Assembly: GCA_001643675.2 (NCBI GenBank)
Contig: LSRY02000055.1
Location: 1-64,000 of the forward strand
Source of the DNA: Monocercomonoides exilis PA203
Lineage: Eukaryota; Protista; Preaxostyla
Direction of reading: 5' to 3'
DNA length: 64,000 nt
This document shows, one piece after another, positions 23,513 to 36,076 of the stretch (within the stretch, counting starts at the first letter, position 1; each line of letters starts with the position of its first letter). Both the position numbers and the translations under genes were made by a program. The notes under the pieces are model-generated. The model saw only the letters and a program-made list of their open reading frames with translations, had not been told where the DNA came from and made no database searches.

Positions 23513-25330
23513 ATTATCACCAATTCCATCCACGAAAACTTGCAGTCGCTTGTGAATGCGCTCACCCTCATCGTGCTTGTTATCTTGTACTTCTGGCAGC
23601 ATCTGCCTTTGAATGTGTCTTTCTTGTATCCTTCCATCCGAATCATTGAATCACTCAGGACATCGCTGAACAGAATTCCGTCGATGTTGAACAGCATCTG
23701 GATGGAGAAAACTGTCATTGACAGAGTGGAGATGCTGCTGCAGTCTATTGAGTCTGCTGACAAATGCGAAGGAAAAGAAAGAGAAGAGGGAGAAGAGGTG
23801 GTTAGAGATATCAGGCCATTTGGAAACGGAAGGGATGATAAAAAGGGAGGAGGAAATGAAGAAAAAGAAGGTGAAGAAGATAAAAAGAAAGAAGATATTG
23901 CTGATTTGTCGATGAATTTTGGGAAGGATGAAAAAAGTTCGATTTCATTCACAAACAAAGAAAATTCCAAAAGTGATGATGATGATTATGATGATGGAAG
24001 TGAGGTGTATCAAAGAAAACTCATTGAAAGTGTTGAAAAGAAAGAGAAAGAAAGAGATAAAGAAAAAGGGAGCGAAGAAGAAAAAGATCATCATAATGAT
24101 GACAAAGAAGATATAGTGATTAGCCTGTCAAATGCATCGTTTGCATGGGGTCGCTGTGAAGTTACCAACAAAAATGAAAGAATACAAGAAAAAGGCAATA
24201 AAATGCAACTCAAAACATCGACAAAAGATGAGAATGAAGGAGAGGAAAAGAAAGATAAAGAAGATAAAGAAGAGAAAAGAGAAAAAGAAGAAAAAGAAGA
24301 AAAAGAAGAAAAAGATAAATTGCGATCATCTCCAACTGTTTTGTCAACTTCTTCCTCTTCCTCTTCTTCTTCCTCCTCCTCATCTTCCTCCTCCTCCTCT
24401 TCTTCCTCTTCTTCTCGTCATTCCTCCTTCCTCCACTCGTTTCTCTCGATCTTCGTCTTGTTGTATGGACTCGATCACTCATCCCACATTAGTCCTCTTC
24501 CTTCTCCTTTGCCATCTCCTCGTCCCTTCCTCCACAACACCTCCTTCTCTCTTCCAAGGCATTCACACACTCTCCTCTTCGGCCCTGTTGGCTGTGGCAA
24601 GTCAGCGCTGCCAGCGTCCATTCTGGGGGAGACAATCTGTTTGGAAGGGAAAGGTTATTTGAGGGGAAAGGTGGCTTATGTGTCTCAGGTGTGTGAGTTA
24701 GAAAGAATAAAAGAAAATTAGTTATTATTTATTTATTATTAATATTTTAATAACTTTATCTCTTTCAAACATTATATTCATCATTTGTCTCACTGAATTT
24801 ATATTCTTCTTCTTTTTCTTCCTCTTCTTCTTCTTCTAATATGCATCATGTATCTGTTCCTCTATCATTTCCGTTCAGATTCCCCACATTTTCAACGACA
24901 CCATCAAATCCAACATCCTCTTTCACACTCCCTTCGACCCTGTCCGCTTCAATCATGTTATTCAAGAATGTTTGTTGGAACAAGACTTGGTCATTGTTCC
25001 TGGTGGAGATAAAGCAGAAGTGGGCGAAAGAGGATACAACCTGTTGGGCGGGCGGCGTGTGCGGATAGCTTTGGCGAGGGCAGTCTATTCATCGGCTGAG
25101 GTGTTTCTGTTGGATTACATTTTAGCGAGAGCAAAATGCTCATGTTAAGCAGACGCTGATGAAAAAGTGCATCTACCAGCTGTTGAAAGGGAAGACTGTC
25201 TTTATCGACACACACAACACAAAATATCTGCCTTATTTAGACACAGCCATCGCTATGTTGGAAGAAGAGAGGATCAGAAAGATTGGAGGGGTGGAGGAGT
25301 TTTAGGGGATTGTGAAAGAGACGGGGAAGT
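23513..25330 (+). pseudogene. ABCC/MRP-type ABC transporter fragment (end of TMD plus NBD1), degenerate
   Basis: ISLSNASFAWG, Walker A GPVGCGKS and VAYVSQ, then intron 24689-24878, then IPHIFNDTIKSNILF...EVGERGYNLLGGRRVRIALARAVYS...LLDY. The signature LSGGQ has become LLGGR, Walker B is altered, and a frameshift/stop follows. Confidence 0.85.
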
Positions 25331-26496
25331 TGATGCACTTTTCGTTGGATGCACAAAGACAGATCTCTCAATCACTTCCTGTTCATTTGGCAAGTGCTCA
25401 TCAAGCAGTGGCGAAGGAGGAACAATGTTCTGTCAATGCTTGTTTGATAGGCATCCCAAATCCAAAGTTCGATGATTACCCTTCCATGTAATTTTGCTGT
25501 TGCAGTTAAATGCAAAGCAAACGCCTTTGAGGCTTTCGTCGGTTTTTTATTATTCTTTTGTCTTCCGTTCGGAAAAATTATATTTTTAAGTTCAAAAAAA
25601 GAATTGAATTTGTGATTGAATTTGTTGGTGTTCTCCATCCGTAGCTGGAACAATATCAACAAATCTAATTGTTGTGTTTGAAGCAGGTTTATTGGAAATA
25701 AATATCAACTTTTTTTTTGACAATTTTTTTCAAAATAAATTTCAAGAGTCTTGCTTTTTCATTGCTCACAAGAGAGCTTTTCGTTGATATTCTACTTTCG
25801 ATTCTATTTTATGAGCGTTTTTCAATAACTATGATATTTATTCTTCGAATTCAAAGAAACTTCCAAATTTAATCGATCAATAAAGGATTTCTGAAGCTCA
25901 AATATTCAAAAGCTACGAACAGCGTCTGTGTTCATAAAAGCATCATCATAAAAATTGAGCATGCTTCCGACGCAAAACCTTTCAAAAAAAAAAAAAAAAA
26001 TGAATGGTGTGTTTTTCACGATCATTTCTAATTAAAGGATTAATTTTAGAAAATTCCATTAATAATTTATGCTTCTCATCTTTTTCAGATCTTTGCAGCT
26101 TCAGTCAAAATAAAGAATTCATTTTTATGCACGAATGGCAGTTTAATTATTGAGTTATGTTAATTCAATTCATGTGTATTTATTTGTGATTTTTTCCTCA
26201 TAGATGAAAGACGAATTTTTTATCTATTGGTTTGATCAGAAAATTATAAATTTTCTGTTTTTCCATCTTATTTTAGAGAAAAGTCATAAATATTAACTAT
26301 CTTCTGTTATACCATGAATTCTACAGCAGATTTATTGAAACTATTAACGCTATTGTTTTTTCCTAACTTGATATTATTTTATGTTTGGATTATTTGCATA
26401 ATTATTAAATTAGTGATGTTATATTAGAAATTTAAAACAACAATTTTTAATAAAAGAAAGTTTCGTAGATAATTACAACGGAATTTTGATCAATTG

Positions 26497-27963
26497 ATGC
26501 ATTCATCTCAAAAATTTTTGGGTTTGTTTTAATCATAATTTTCTGTGTTTAATAACAATGTTTTTTAATTTCTAAATTTTTAGAAATACTTTCCGAATTG
26601 GAAAAATATTCTATTGATGAACAAAAACAAAAGGTTGTTGAAATGAACGCTCTGTTTGACAAGATGAACAGAGTTGAACTTAAATCAATTTTTACATCGA
26701 TATTGTTCAAAAGAATTGACGAATTAACAGAGGAAAAGAATGTGCACTTAGAATATGTAATATTGCTATTGAAATATGCTGGCTGCTACAAAGTATTGAA
26801 TGGCTTGATGAGCATTAGCTCTTGCATTTCTTCATTGGTACAAAAAATAGAAAAGATGATTTTTGAGGAATGGAAGAAAAAAGGAGAAAAGAACGAAACG
26901 CTTCTAATTGATCTTTTTGAAAGCTATTTTACTGTTGGTAACTATTTTACAAAAAAAGTTATATCAATCGGCGTGCCATTCCTTTTGAAAGTTGCTTTGA
27001 GAAAAGATACAAATACAGAAATCCAAAAAGAAGTGGAAATGTCATTATTGGCTTTAAGTTGTATTCAATTATCTGAAGTTTGAAATTTTCATTTTCTTTT
27101 ATGATATTTTAGTGTTTCTTTCTTTCTTTCTTGAATAGAAATTAGATAAAAAAGCATATTTAAGTTATGCTTCAGAAATCATCAAATATCATCAGGAGCA
27201 TCGCAATCTGACACGACTTGCTTACCAATCCGCTTGGTGTTTTTTGTTGAGCAGGTTAGAAAAAGAAAGAAAACTCGGATATATTATTGTGAACAAGCTT
27301 CATTTCGTAAAAGAAGCAATAAGAGAATTTGAAGAGCTGCTGGGGCGTGTGCAATGGAAAGAAATGAAAAGCAGAAAAAAAGAAACAAAAGAAATGTGGA
27401 TTATCAAAAGGTGGATTTCGACACTTTATTTGTGTTTTGATAATTGCACCCTTAGCAGTGAAGATAATGTGAAGATGGTTGCATGCGTAGTGAAAGTGGG
27501 GAGGGAAGCAAGATGCGCCAGAAGAAAAATCAACGAAAAATGTGTTGATCTATTTAATTTAATCGTTGGGGCTACAAATATACCCTTTGAAGACATTGCT
27601 AAAGGCGGAGCAATTGATTTTGTTCTGGAAGAGCATTATCAAACAACAATAGAATATGTGACAATAAAGAGGTGTTTGATATTCATGAGCTCTCTTCTAT
27701 TCAGAATGAGAGCAAGAAAGGAGAAAATGAATACGGTTGTGTCATTTTTGGCTCCGATTTGGTGTAAACTGACCAGAAAGGAAAGCGAAAGCGCCTTTCA
27801 GGCAAAAACAGAAGCAGAGAAAAGAATGGCCATTGACAAGCTGGAGGAGGAAGGATACGACGACATCGTTGTCAGCTTCTATGGGATGTTTAATGGGGAC
27901 AAGTACTATTTTCATGTTTCAAAGAATTTTACGGATTACTGTATTCATTGCAAGGCCTCGTAA
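26497..27963 (+). CDS. Lineage-expanded uncharacterised family protein, copy 2 (at least 3 exons)
   Basis: Introns 26522-26583 and 27078-27138 splice in frame. Motifs EIIKYHQEHRNLTRLAYQSAW, KEVEMSLLAL and KLEEEGYDD are present. The start is uncertain. Confidence 0.8.
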
Positions 27964-29709
27964 TGACATGTTTCTTGATAGGGAATCTATTCTTTATGCG
28001 GTATTTCAAACTTTTGAAGAAAAAAATTGGTATTTTTCTGCAACAAAAACGACTTTGTCGTAATCGCTGTCATCAACTTCTTCGACTTTGTCATCATCAT
28101 CATCACCGTCTTTTTCTTCAAATTCTACTTCATTTTCTTCTTCATATTCTTCTTCATGTTCTTCTTCGTATTCTTCGTCTTCTAAAAATTTCAAAGTTAG
28201 AAAATTTTTACCGTATATTTCTCTTTGATTGAAAAAAAACATTAACTCTGTTTGCGTCTCGGCTTTTGCGAAGTTTCATGAAATAGAAAAGACGCAATTT
28301 CTTTTGTGACTGATAATTCATTTTGGGCCATGCTTCCTTCGAATCTTCATCGCAACACGATTTTTTCCCCAGTCAATTTGTAGTCAATCGGCTGAAACAG
28401 CCAACAAAGCAGAAGGAAAGATAAGTGTTTTACAGAGAAAATTAATTGCTTTCTGTAGCTTGTAGCCTACGTTTGGAACAGGAGAAGATGTTGAAAGAAA
28501 AACGGAATTATTTATATATGGAGAGAAAGAGAAAGAGAAAGAGAAAGAGAAAGAGAAAGAGAACCAGATAAGAAAGAAAGGAATTTCTTCTCGATGGGAA
28601 AAGAATTTGTTGCGCGTGCTGCGTGTTAGCATTCAAGTCAATTTAAAAGAATCAACCTGATTATGATTGTTGATTCATACGTAATCTTTTGAGTCAAATG
28701 GACGCATTTCAACATGAAAATAGTTGGAAGATGAAGAAAAGTGATTTTAGAGCAAAATAGATGGATAACATATTTTTAAAAAAAAGGGAAAGCGAAGACG
28801 AATACCAGAGTGAAGGAAATGCAAAAGGTTTTATTACTATAAAACTGCTTTGTTAGTCTGTTTTTGAGAAAGCAGGAGTAAATAAATGATGATAACTCCA
28901 CACAAAAGTGATTTATGAATTCTTCAGTGGCAAAATGAAAGGCACTCTTACTCCGAAACTTCATCGTCTTCAAAGAGAGAAACTGCTGGGCATAATGATA
29001 CTATATGGTATTCACTGAAATAGAATAAAATTTATATGGCATGATTTCATTTATTATATAATTGTTTTTTATGTAAATGATTTTGTGCGGAAATGTTTTC
29101 TCATGAAATCGAAATAATTAGAAAAATCTTGATTTGTAAATTATTAATGGGATAAGATCAAAAAAATGATAATTGGAAAAGAATACATAAAACCGAGATC
29201 CGGTTGTGCAAAAGATAAAAAAACGTTTTTAATGATTGATATGTTTGTTTAGGAGATGGAGATGGTGAAAATTGCTTCTGAATACATCCTTTTTATGAAA
29301 TTAGAATTATGATAAAAAAGAAATGATTTATTTTTCATTTTTTGTCATATACACATTTCCGCAAACTTTTATCATACAGCACATGCTTAAAACAACATAT
29401 GTAATCAGAATATAGTGTTATTAGTGAAATTTGCAAAATGCTATATTGTACTATTATGCCAACTGCTGTTGAAGTGAAAATGAAAAGTTGAAGCTTTGCC
29501 ATTCGAGATTTAAATTCATTGAAGCGAAAAATGGATTATCGAAATTAGCAAGATCAGCACGATTTCCAAAAATTGAAATGTTCACTATTCAATTTAAAGT
29601 TGACTCATTTATTTATTTTTTTTTATTTAATTTTTTTTGAAAGATTGTATTTTTTATCAATCCGAAAAAATTTTCCGTTGAAAAAAAAACTTATATTATC
29701 GATCAATCA

Positions 29710-32700
29710 ATGATTTCACTTCTGTCTGCGCTACAATTAATTGTGTGCTTAGTATTAGGAGCAGAAGCTGAAAAAGATGAAGGCTTTGAGCTGAATGAGG
29801 TTCAAACAATTTATGTTTCACGTTTTGGAGATGATTCGAGAAATGATTGCGGAACTAATATGGCGCCGTGCCAAACAATTGAACATGCACTTACGTTGCT
29901 GAATAAGAACATTGATGCAAAATCGATAAAGATTATGGATGAACTTGAAATAAAAGCTTGCAGCAAATGGAATAAAGAATTTTTGCTTGAAATTGGAAGT
30001 TCATCTCCTCAGGGCATAAGCCGAAGGCTGAAAGTTGATATAAGCTCATCAGTGCAAAAGGGAATCTCACATTTTATTTGTGAAATGGAGATGCAACTGC
30101 GTTGCTTGGATTTTTCCTTGACTCAAACAAATCAGAATCCAACAGAAATATTTGGGAGCACATACGAAAACGCTAGAGAAGGGCATACCCTTCATCAACA
30201 AGACGCGCCTGCAATCATTTTACTCGATTCAGAAAACGGAAACCTTCAACTTTCTCATTGCTCCATTTTGACTTTGAAGCATTTATTTGAACCTTTTGAA
30301 TTTTCATTTTTGAGCGCAAAAAGCGGAAAACTGTCGATTACAGATCTGGACATTAACGATGTATATAAGTTCACCACAAAAGTTTCTCCTATTATTATTT
30401 CGGAAAAAGTTAACGTTGGGAATTTGGAAGAGCTAAAAGTCGAACATTTTATTCTGGAGAAATGCTCTGTTTTTGAGCATCCGAAAAGCCTCACGCTGAA
30501 AAACGCTCAGATAAACTATTGTGAAAGAAAGAACGAAAATGTTGCATGCATGGATTGTTCAAGCAGCAATGAAGTTGTCAATTTGGTGTTCACAAACTGT
30601 CTTTTTCAATATTGCATTGCAGAAGATTCAATGGTCGGAGGCGCCCTTTCGGTCAGCATGGAAAATTCAAACAGCATTTTAGAAATGGCAGGATGCTCCT
30701 TTCAGAGATGCAAAGGTTTATGTGGAGCTGGGCTCTATTTGAGTATTGTTAAAGGAACAGTTACAATTTCAAAAACAAGTTTTCATTCGTGCGAAGTTAC
30801 TGTTGGAGGCGGTGGGATGTACGTGAAAGATGCAAATTTAATGAAAAGTTTTACTCTAATGGAAGTTTTATTTAATGGTTGCTGCGCTGAAAATGGAGGA
30901 GGAGCGTGGATTGGTGTTGGTGGAGATGAAATTAAAGCGTGTTGTTGGTTTCAAAATTGCCTTTTTTCAGGAAACAAGTTCTTGGAAAGCGGAGCAGATC
31001 TATTCATCTCGGAAACTGGAACAAAATCGGTTGGTCAGACAATTATTGACGATAAAACGTTCTCGATTTCTGAAGGCAAAAGAGTTTGTGTTCAAAATGC
31101 GTCAAGTGGCGATATCCAGGAAAGAGATGACTTGCTGCGTGAAGGATCGTTAACTTATTACTTGAACGTTGACACAGGAAAAGACGATCCTGACTGCGGA
31201 TTGAGAAAAGAGACGCCTTGCTTTTCGATGAGCGCAACGATTAAGAAAATTGAAGTGAAATGGCAAACAAGCGTAATTGCAGATGGGGAGGGAATGATGC
31301 AGATCAAAGAGCCAATAAACTTTGATGGCAATAAAAAGATAGACGTGGGAAGGAATTCGAAGAAATTGAATGTGAACGTTGCGTTGACAAAGGGACTTGC
31401 AGAGGATGGTGATGGGGCAATAAATGTTAGAAATAAGGCATCAGTGTATCTGAATTCATGGTACATAAAGATAGATACGACAGTTGAGACGAGCAAGACT
31501 TCGCCATTTGTTGTTTCTAGCGATTCTTCCGGGGCCTTTGGCATAAGCTCGTCTTACATCTGTCCAAGCAATGTGAAGGGAATTTTGAATTGTGCTTTGT
31601 TTGAGATTCATGGCGGATTCTTTTTTGTACAAAATTCTGATATTTATGGTTTTACGTCTTCCAGAGCATTATTTTATTTTAATAAAGATAGTATAGACAT
31701 TTCCATGTGCAATCTGGACAATCTCAAAACAACAAGTGCCGATGAATCTGTTTTTACATTTTGTGGAGTATGGAAAGAGATTTTGCTTATGTCAAACAAC
31801 TACACAAAGTGTACTTCGCCGAATCACAAGAAGGGAGGAGTCATCTACATTAAGTATTCTCAGGCTAATGCTCATGCGCAAATTAGTGGTGAAAATTTTG
31901 AAAGTTGCTCATGCACTGAAGGTGATGGAACTGGAGATGGATCGCTTGGGGGAGCTGTGTTCATTGAAGCAATAGACGAGGTTGTTGATGACTTGAATAT
32001 TTATTTATCACAATCAACTTTCACAGAATGTGTTTCGGATGTTGGCAAATGGATTTTTATATCAAGCCCAAAAGGAGTTTCACAATTAACAGATCATTGC
32101 TTTGAATTTGACTTGAACGAATTGTATGGAAAAGAGAATTTGATGATTGTTGAAGAGAGGCAGAACAAAGAGAAGATAAATGAAGGAAAAAATCAGAAAA
32201 ATGCAGATCGCGTTGATCTCCTCATGCCAGGAGTGCATCAGCTCATCTTCAAAAGCACAACGCTTTATGTTGGAGGGGAAGGATCCGTTGACTCAAGAGA
32301 TTGTGGAAGAAAAGAGAATCCATGCATGACCATTGAATATGTGCAAGATCATATTATTCATGGAAAGCGAAACAATTTTAAAATTGATGGCATTCACACA
32401 ATAGAAAAACCAATAATTCCTGCCGATTACACTGTTTTCGATATTGGTTCTAAGAGTAAAGATGTTGCCACTATTATTATTCCTTCAACTCTTGAGCTTT
32501 ATTGCGACGATGTTGCGGTATTCTATTGCGTTCAGCATATGATGACATTGCGCTCATTGTCAATCGAATATCCTTTGCATTTTGATCATCGGTCGGTTGA
32601 CATTATATTGATTGAGGACGATTGCATGCTTTCTTCAATAACTTTGAAGCCTTCACAGACAGAGCTTGACAAGCACGATAACCAATTTTTGGTTCCTTAT

Positions 32701-33810
32701 CTTAACTTTAAACTAATTGTTGTGCAAAAAGGAACATTGTTCATGTCAAATGTTGTCGTTATTGGTACTATTAGCGAAAAAGAAGGTTCTGACATGGTTG
32801 ATTTAATCGACACATCGTTTAACAATCAACTTCAACAGAAATCAAGAAAAGAAGGATTTGCTGCAAATACCCGAAGTGTACAGGAAGGCGATGAATCTGT
32901 TTGTGAATGGAGCAGCTGCCTTGTTTCGATTCGAACTCGGCGTGGATCGAGTTTTCCTCGTATGGATAACTGCGTATTCAAGAATATAAAAGAAGGAGCG
33001 TTACTAATCACAGACTCAGTTTTGGAGATGAGAAACAACACCTTTGAAAACAACCGACCAGACCCGTCGAGTAAAGCATTTCCTCATCTGAGGCACAACA
33101 TCCACTGTGAAAAAGACGACTATTGCGAAATAAACATAAAATCTCTAAATGAGAAAAGTGATGGCTCAACAGATATTCCATTTGGATTTTGGAACAAGGA
33201 GTGCGATGTGAATGGAGAAGCAGTGAAAAGCATGACAGGGCTGTTTTACACGCCTAAGCTGAAAGAAGCTGCAATTGAAAAGCCTTTGGAGACTTATCCA
33301 GCAAATGATAATCAAATGGATATTCTCAATAAATATGGACAAGATACGAAAAGCGAAGAAAGCGAAGTGACTATCAATATGAAAGGAGAATATTTTATTC
33401 CATGCGGTTTGCGATGCGAAATTGGAAAAAAAGAAGGAAAAGGCGAATCGCAGTGGGCTGAGGTGCCAATCTCAGAATTTTTGAACGAGTCATTTCTGAA
33501 AGTGAAGATTGAAAAGACTTTTTTGGATGCAAAGGATACTGAAACCGTTGAAATTCGCTTGCGTTATCCAAATGGATTGGAAAATGGGGCGGATGTCACA
33601 TCCAGCCTGATTTTAAAAGTTGGAAATAAACCAAGTTCTCCAGACGAAAGCAAACTTACAAGACAACAGATTATTATCGTCACCGCTTCCGCTTGCGGAG
33701 GAGCTGTTTTTATTGAGGCTGTTGTTATTATACTGGCAATATGTGTTGTTCGCAGGAAGCGAAGAGGATATGTTAGTTTTGGTAAGAGCGAAAAAATAGA
33801 TAGATATTGA
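29710..33810 (+). CDS. Large type-I membrane surface protein with pectin-lyase-like/Pmp-like beta-helix repeats
   Basis: 1366 aa, intronless, with an N-terminal signal peptide. Repeated FxxC...GG(A/G)xx(I/V) motifs and three YV...G.D..DCG...PC.T modules. C-terminal TM helix followed by RRKRRGYVSF. Confidence 0.88.
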   Translation: MISLLSALQLIVCLVLGAEAEKDEGFELNEVQTIYVSRFGDDSRNDCGTNMAPCQTIEHALTLLNKNIDAKSIKIMDELEIKACSKWNKEFLLEIGSSSPQGISRRLKVDISSSVQKGISHFICEMEMQLRCLDFSLTQTNQNPTEIFGSTYENAREGHTLHQQDAPAIILLDSENGNLQLSHCSILTLKHLFEPFEFSFLSAKSGKLSITDLDINDVYKFTTKVSPIIISEKVNVGNLEELKVEHFILEKCSVFEHPKSLTLKNAQINYCERKNENVACMDCSSSNEVVNLVFTNCLFQYCIAEDSMVGGALSVSMENSNSILEMAGCSFQRCKGLCGAGLYLSIVKGTVTISKTSFHSCEVTVGGGGMYVKDANLMKSFTLMEVLFNGCCAENGGGAWIGVGGDEIKACCWFQNCLFSGNKFLESGADLFISETGTKSVGQTIIDDKTFSISEGKRVCVQNASSGDIQERDDLLREGSLTYYLNVDTGKDDPDCGLRKETPCFSMSATIKKIEVKWQTSVIADGEGMMQIKEPINFDGNKKIDVGRNSKKLNVNVALTKGLAEDGDGAINVRNKASVYLNSWYIKIDTTVETSKTSPFVVSSDSSGAFGISSSYICPSNVKGILNCALFEIHGGFFFVQNSDIYGFTSSRALFYFNKDSIDISMCNLDNLKTTSADESVFTFCGVWKEILLMSNNYTKCTSPNHKKGGVIYIKYSQANAHAQISGENFESCSCTEGDGTGDGSLGGAVFIEAIDEVVDDLNIYLSQSTFTECVSDVGKWIFISSPKGVSQLTDHCFEFDLNELYGKENLMIVEERQNKEKINEGKNQKNADRVDLLMPGVHQLIFKSTTLYVGGEGSVDSRDCGRKENPCMTIEYVQDHIIHGKRNNFKIDGIHTIEKPIIPADYTVFDIGSKSKDVATIIIPSTLELYCDDVAVFYCVQHMMTLRSLSIEYPLHFDHRSVDIILIEDDCMLSSITLKPSQTELDKHDNQFLVPYLNFKLIVVQKGTLFMSNVVVIGTISEKEGSDMVDLIDTSFNNQLQQKSRKEGFAANTRSVQEGDESVCEWSSCLVSIRTRRGSSFPRMDNCVFKNIKEGALLITDSVLEMRNNTFENNRPDPSSKAFPHLRHNIHCEKDDYCEINIKSLNEKSDGSTDIPFGFWNKECDVNGEAVKSMTGLFYTPKLKEAAIEKPLETYPANDNQMDILNKYGQDTKSEESEVTINMKGEYFIPCGLRCEIGKKEGKGESQWAEVPISEFLNESFLKVKIEKTFLDAKDTETVEIRLRYPNGLENGADVTSSLILKVGNKPSSPDESKLTRQQIIIVTASACGGAVFIEAVVIILAICVVRRKRRGYVSFGKSEKIDRY

Positions 33811-33884
33811 TTCTCATCCTTTGGCAAACTAATTTATTTAAATGCGTCTTGATGTTTCTCCTCTTTGATCTTACCTTTTTCAAA

Positions 33885-34786
33885 TTCTTCTTCTTCTTCT
33901 TCTTTTTCTTTTTCTTCTTCTTCTTTTTCTTCCTCTCCTCTTCCTTCTCCTCCATCATCACTTTGTTCGTCTTCATCTTCTTCTTCAACTTCAATTTCTT
34001 CCTTTTCTTCTTCTTCATCTTCATCATCATCATCATCATCATCTTCTTCTTCTTCTTCTTCTTCTTCTTCTTCTTCTTTTTCTTCTTCTTCTTCTTCTTC
34101 TTCCTTTTCTTCTTCTTCATCTTCATCATCATCATCATCATCATCATCATCTTCTTCTTCTTCTTCTTCTTCTTCTTCTTCTTCTTCTTCTTCTTCTTCT
34201 TCTTCTTCTTCTTCTTCTTCTTCTTCTTCTTCTTCTTCTTCTTCTTCTTCTTCTTCTTCTTCTTCTTCTTCTTCTTCTTCTTCTTCTTCTTCTTCTTCTT
34301 CTTCTTCTTCTTCTTCTTCTTCTTCTTCTTCTTCTTTTTCTTCTTCTTCTTCTTCTTCTTCTTCTTCTTCTTCTTCTTCTTCTTCTTCTTCTTCTTCTTC
34401 TTCTTCCTTTTCTTCTTCTTCATCTTCATCATCTTCTTCATCTTCTTCATCTTCTTCATCTTCTTCATCTTCTTCATCTTCTTCATCGTCTTCGTCGTCT
34501 TCTTCTTCTTCTTCTTCTTCTTCTTCTTCTTCTTCTTCTTCTTCTTCTTCTTCTTCTTCTTCTTCTTCTTCTTCTTCTTCTTCTTCTTCTTCTTCTTCTT
34601 CTTCTTCTTCTTCTTCTTCTTCTTCTTCTTCTTCTTCTTCTTCTTCTTCTTCTTCTTCTTTTTTTCTTCTTCTTCTTCTTCTTCTTCTTCTTCTTCTTCT
34701 TCTTCTTCTTCTTCTTCTTCTTCTTCTTCTTCTTCTTCTTCTTCTTCTTCTTCTATTTCTTCTTCTTCTTCTTCTTCTTCTTCTTC
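33885..34786. repeat. Long compound (TTC)n/(ATC)n microsatellite
   Basis: About 900 bp, mostly TTC with TCA blocks. Confidence 0.97.
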
Positions 34787-36076
34787 AAATTTTCAAATGA
34801 ATAATTTACTAAGATTTGAATTTTGCATTTTTGGAAATTATAAAATTATTCGTGAAGATAAATTGATTTATGTATGTTTTGATGTTTTGTACAGATAAGA
34901 TCATTGAATTATGATGTTTTTGACTGTAAATAAAATATTTAAAGAATCTTTTGTGGTCGGTTACGAGTATATCTGCATGTGTACGTTTTCATGCATATAT
35001 TGATTTAGAGATTTTTCACAAAAGATTTATGTGTTGCGATTTTGTTTTTCCGCTTTTTTTATTTGAGATATTTTGCGTTTAGTGGAGGTTGTAATGTTCC
35101 TTTGTTTGAAAAAAAAAATTCATTGTTAAAGAGATTTGTGTTTTGAATGAGAAAATATTCTTCAACGTTTGCTGTCCATCTCTAAAAATCAATTAAGAGA
35201 GTAGTTACATTCGCCTGAAAAGAGAGTACTTCTATTGAAATTTTTCAAACTTTGCTAGATTTTTTATTTAAAATCAAACGAAAAAAAATATGAAAATGAA
35301 GATAAAAATAGCTTTTTCAGAAATTTATTTTTCATTTTTTTTATGAAAGCAAGTTATTTCTTGTTTTTTGTTTCTCCTTTTTTCACGAATACAAGTATTT
35401 TACGAACCAAACATCTTTCATGAAACAAGATAATACATTCTCAATTATTAACAAAAATAGAAATTCGATATTCATTGACAAAATTTCAAAAAAAACTCCT
35501 TTTTCGATGCAGAATTGATAAATTTTGAATATCCCATTTTTTTATCCGACAAAAACATATGGATGATATTTTTTTTTTCCAAATTATTTAGATTTTTAAT
35601 TACGGTTTTATCGTTCACTTAGAATATTAGATGATTTGAACAATTTTTTTTGTAGAGTGGGACTTTCACATCTGACCTCTTTTTTTTTCCCACCTTTTTT
35701 TTTGTGGAGCTAGCTTCTACTAAATACAAGCTTGTGGCCAACAAAAAATAACTGGAAATGTTTTGTGTTACAATTTTATCTTGTCCTTTTTTTTGTTGAA
35801 TCAGTTTTTTCCCACAATTTCATATTTTGAAAGAATTTTTTGGATTTATATGTTTTCTACAGATAAAAATTAATTCATTTGGTAACAAACCTATTTTCTC
35901 ATTGGTGTTGGGATAGTGGGGTTTAGCCCCTTCATTGAACTTCTGTATGGAATTGGAGGGTTTCATGGGGCATAAAACCTTCAGTTTGTCAAAAATGAAT
36001 TTTTTTGAATTTTTTTCATTTCATTTCAATTAAAAAAATAAAAGATTATTATGATCTTAGAAATATTATTAAAAAA

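Noticed and set aside
33773-34898. Poly-K/F/S ORFs up to 363 aa
   Set aside because: They are microsatellite translations.
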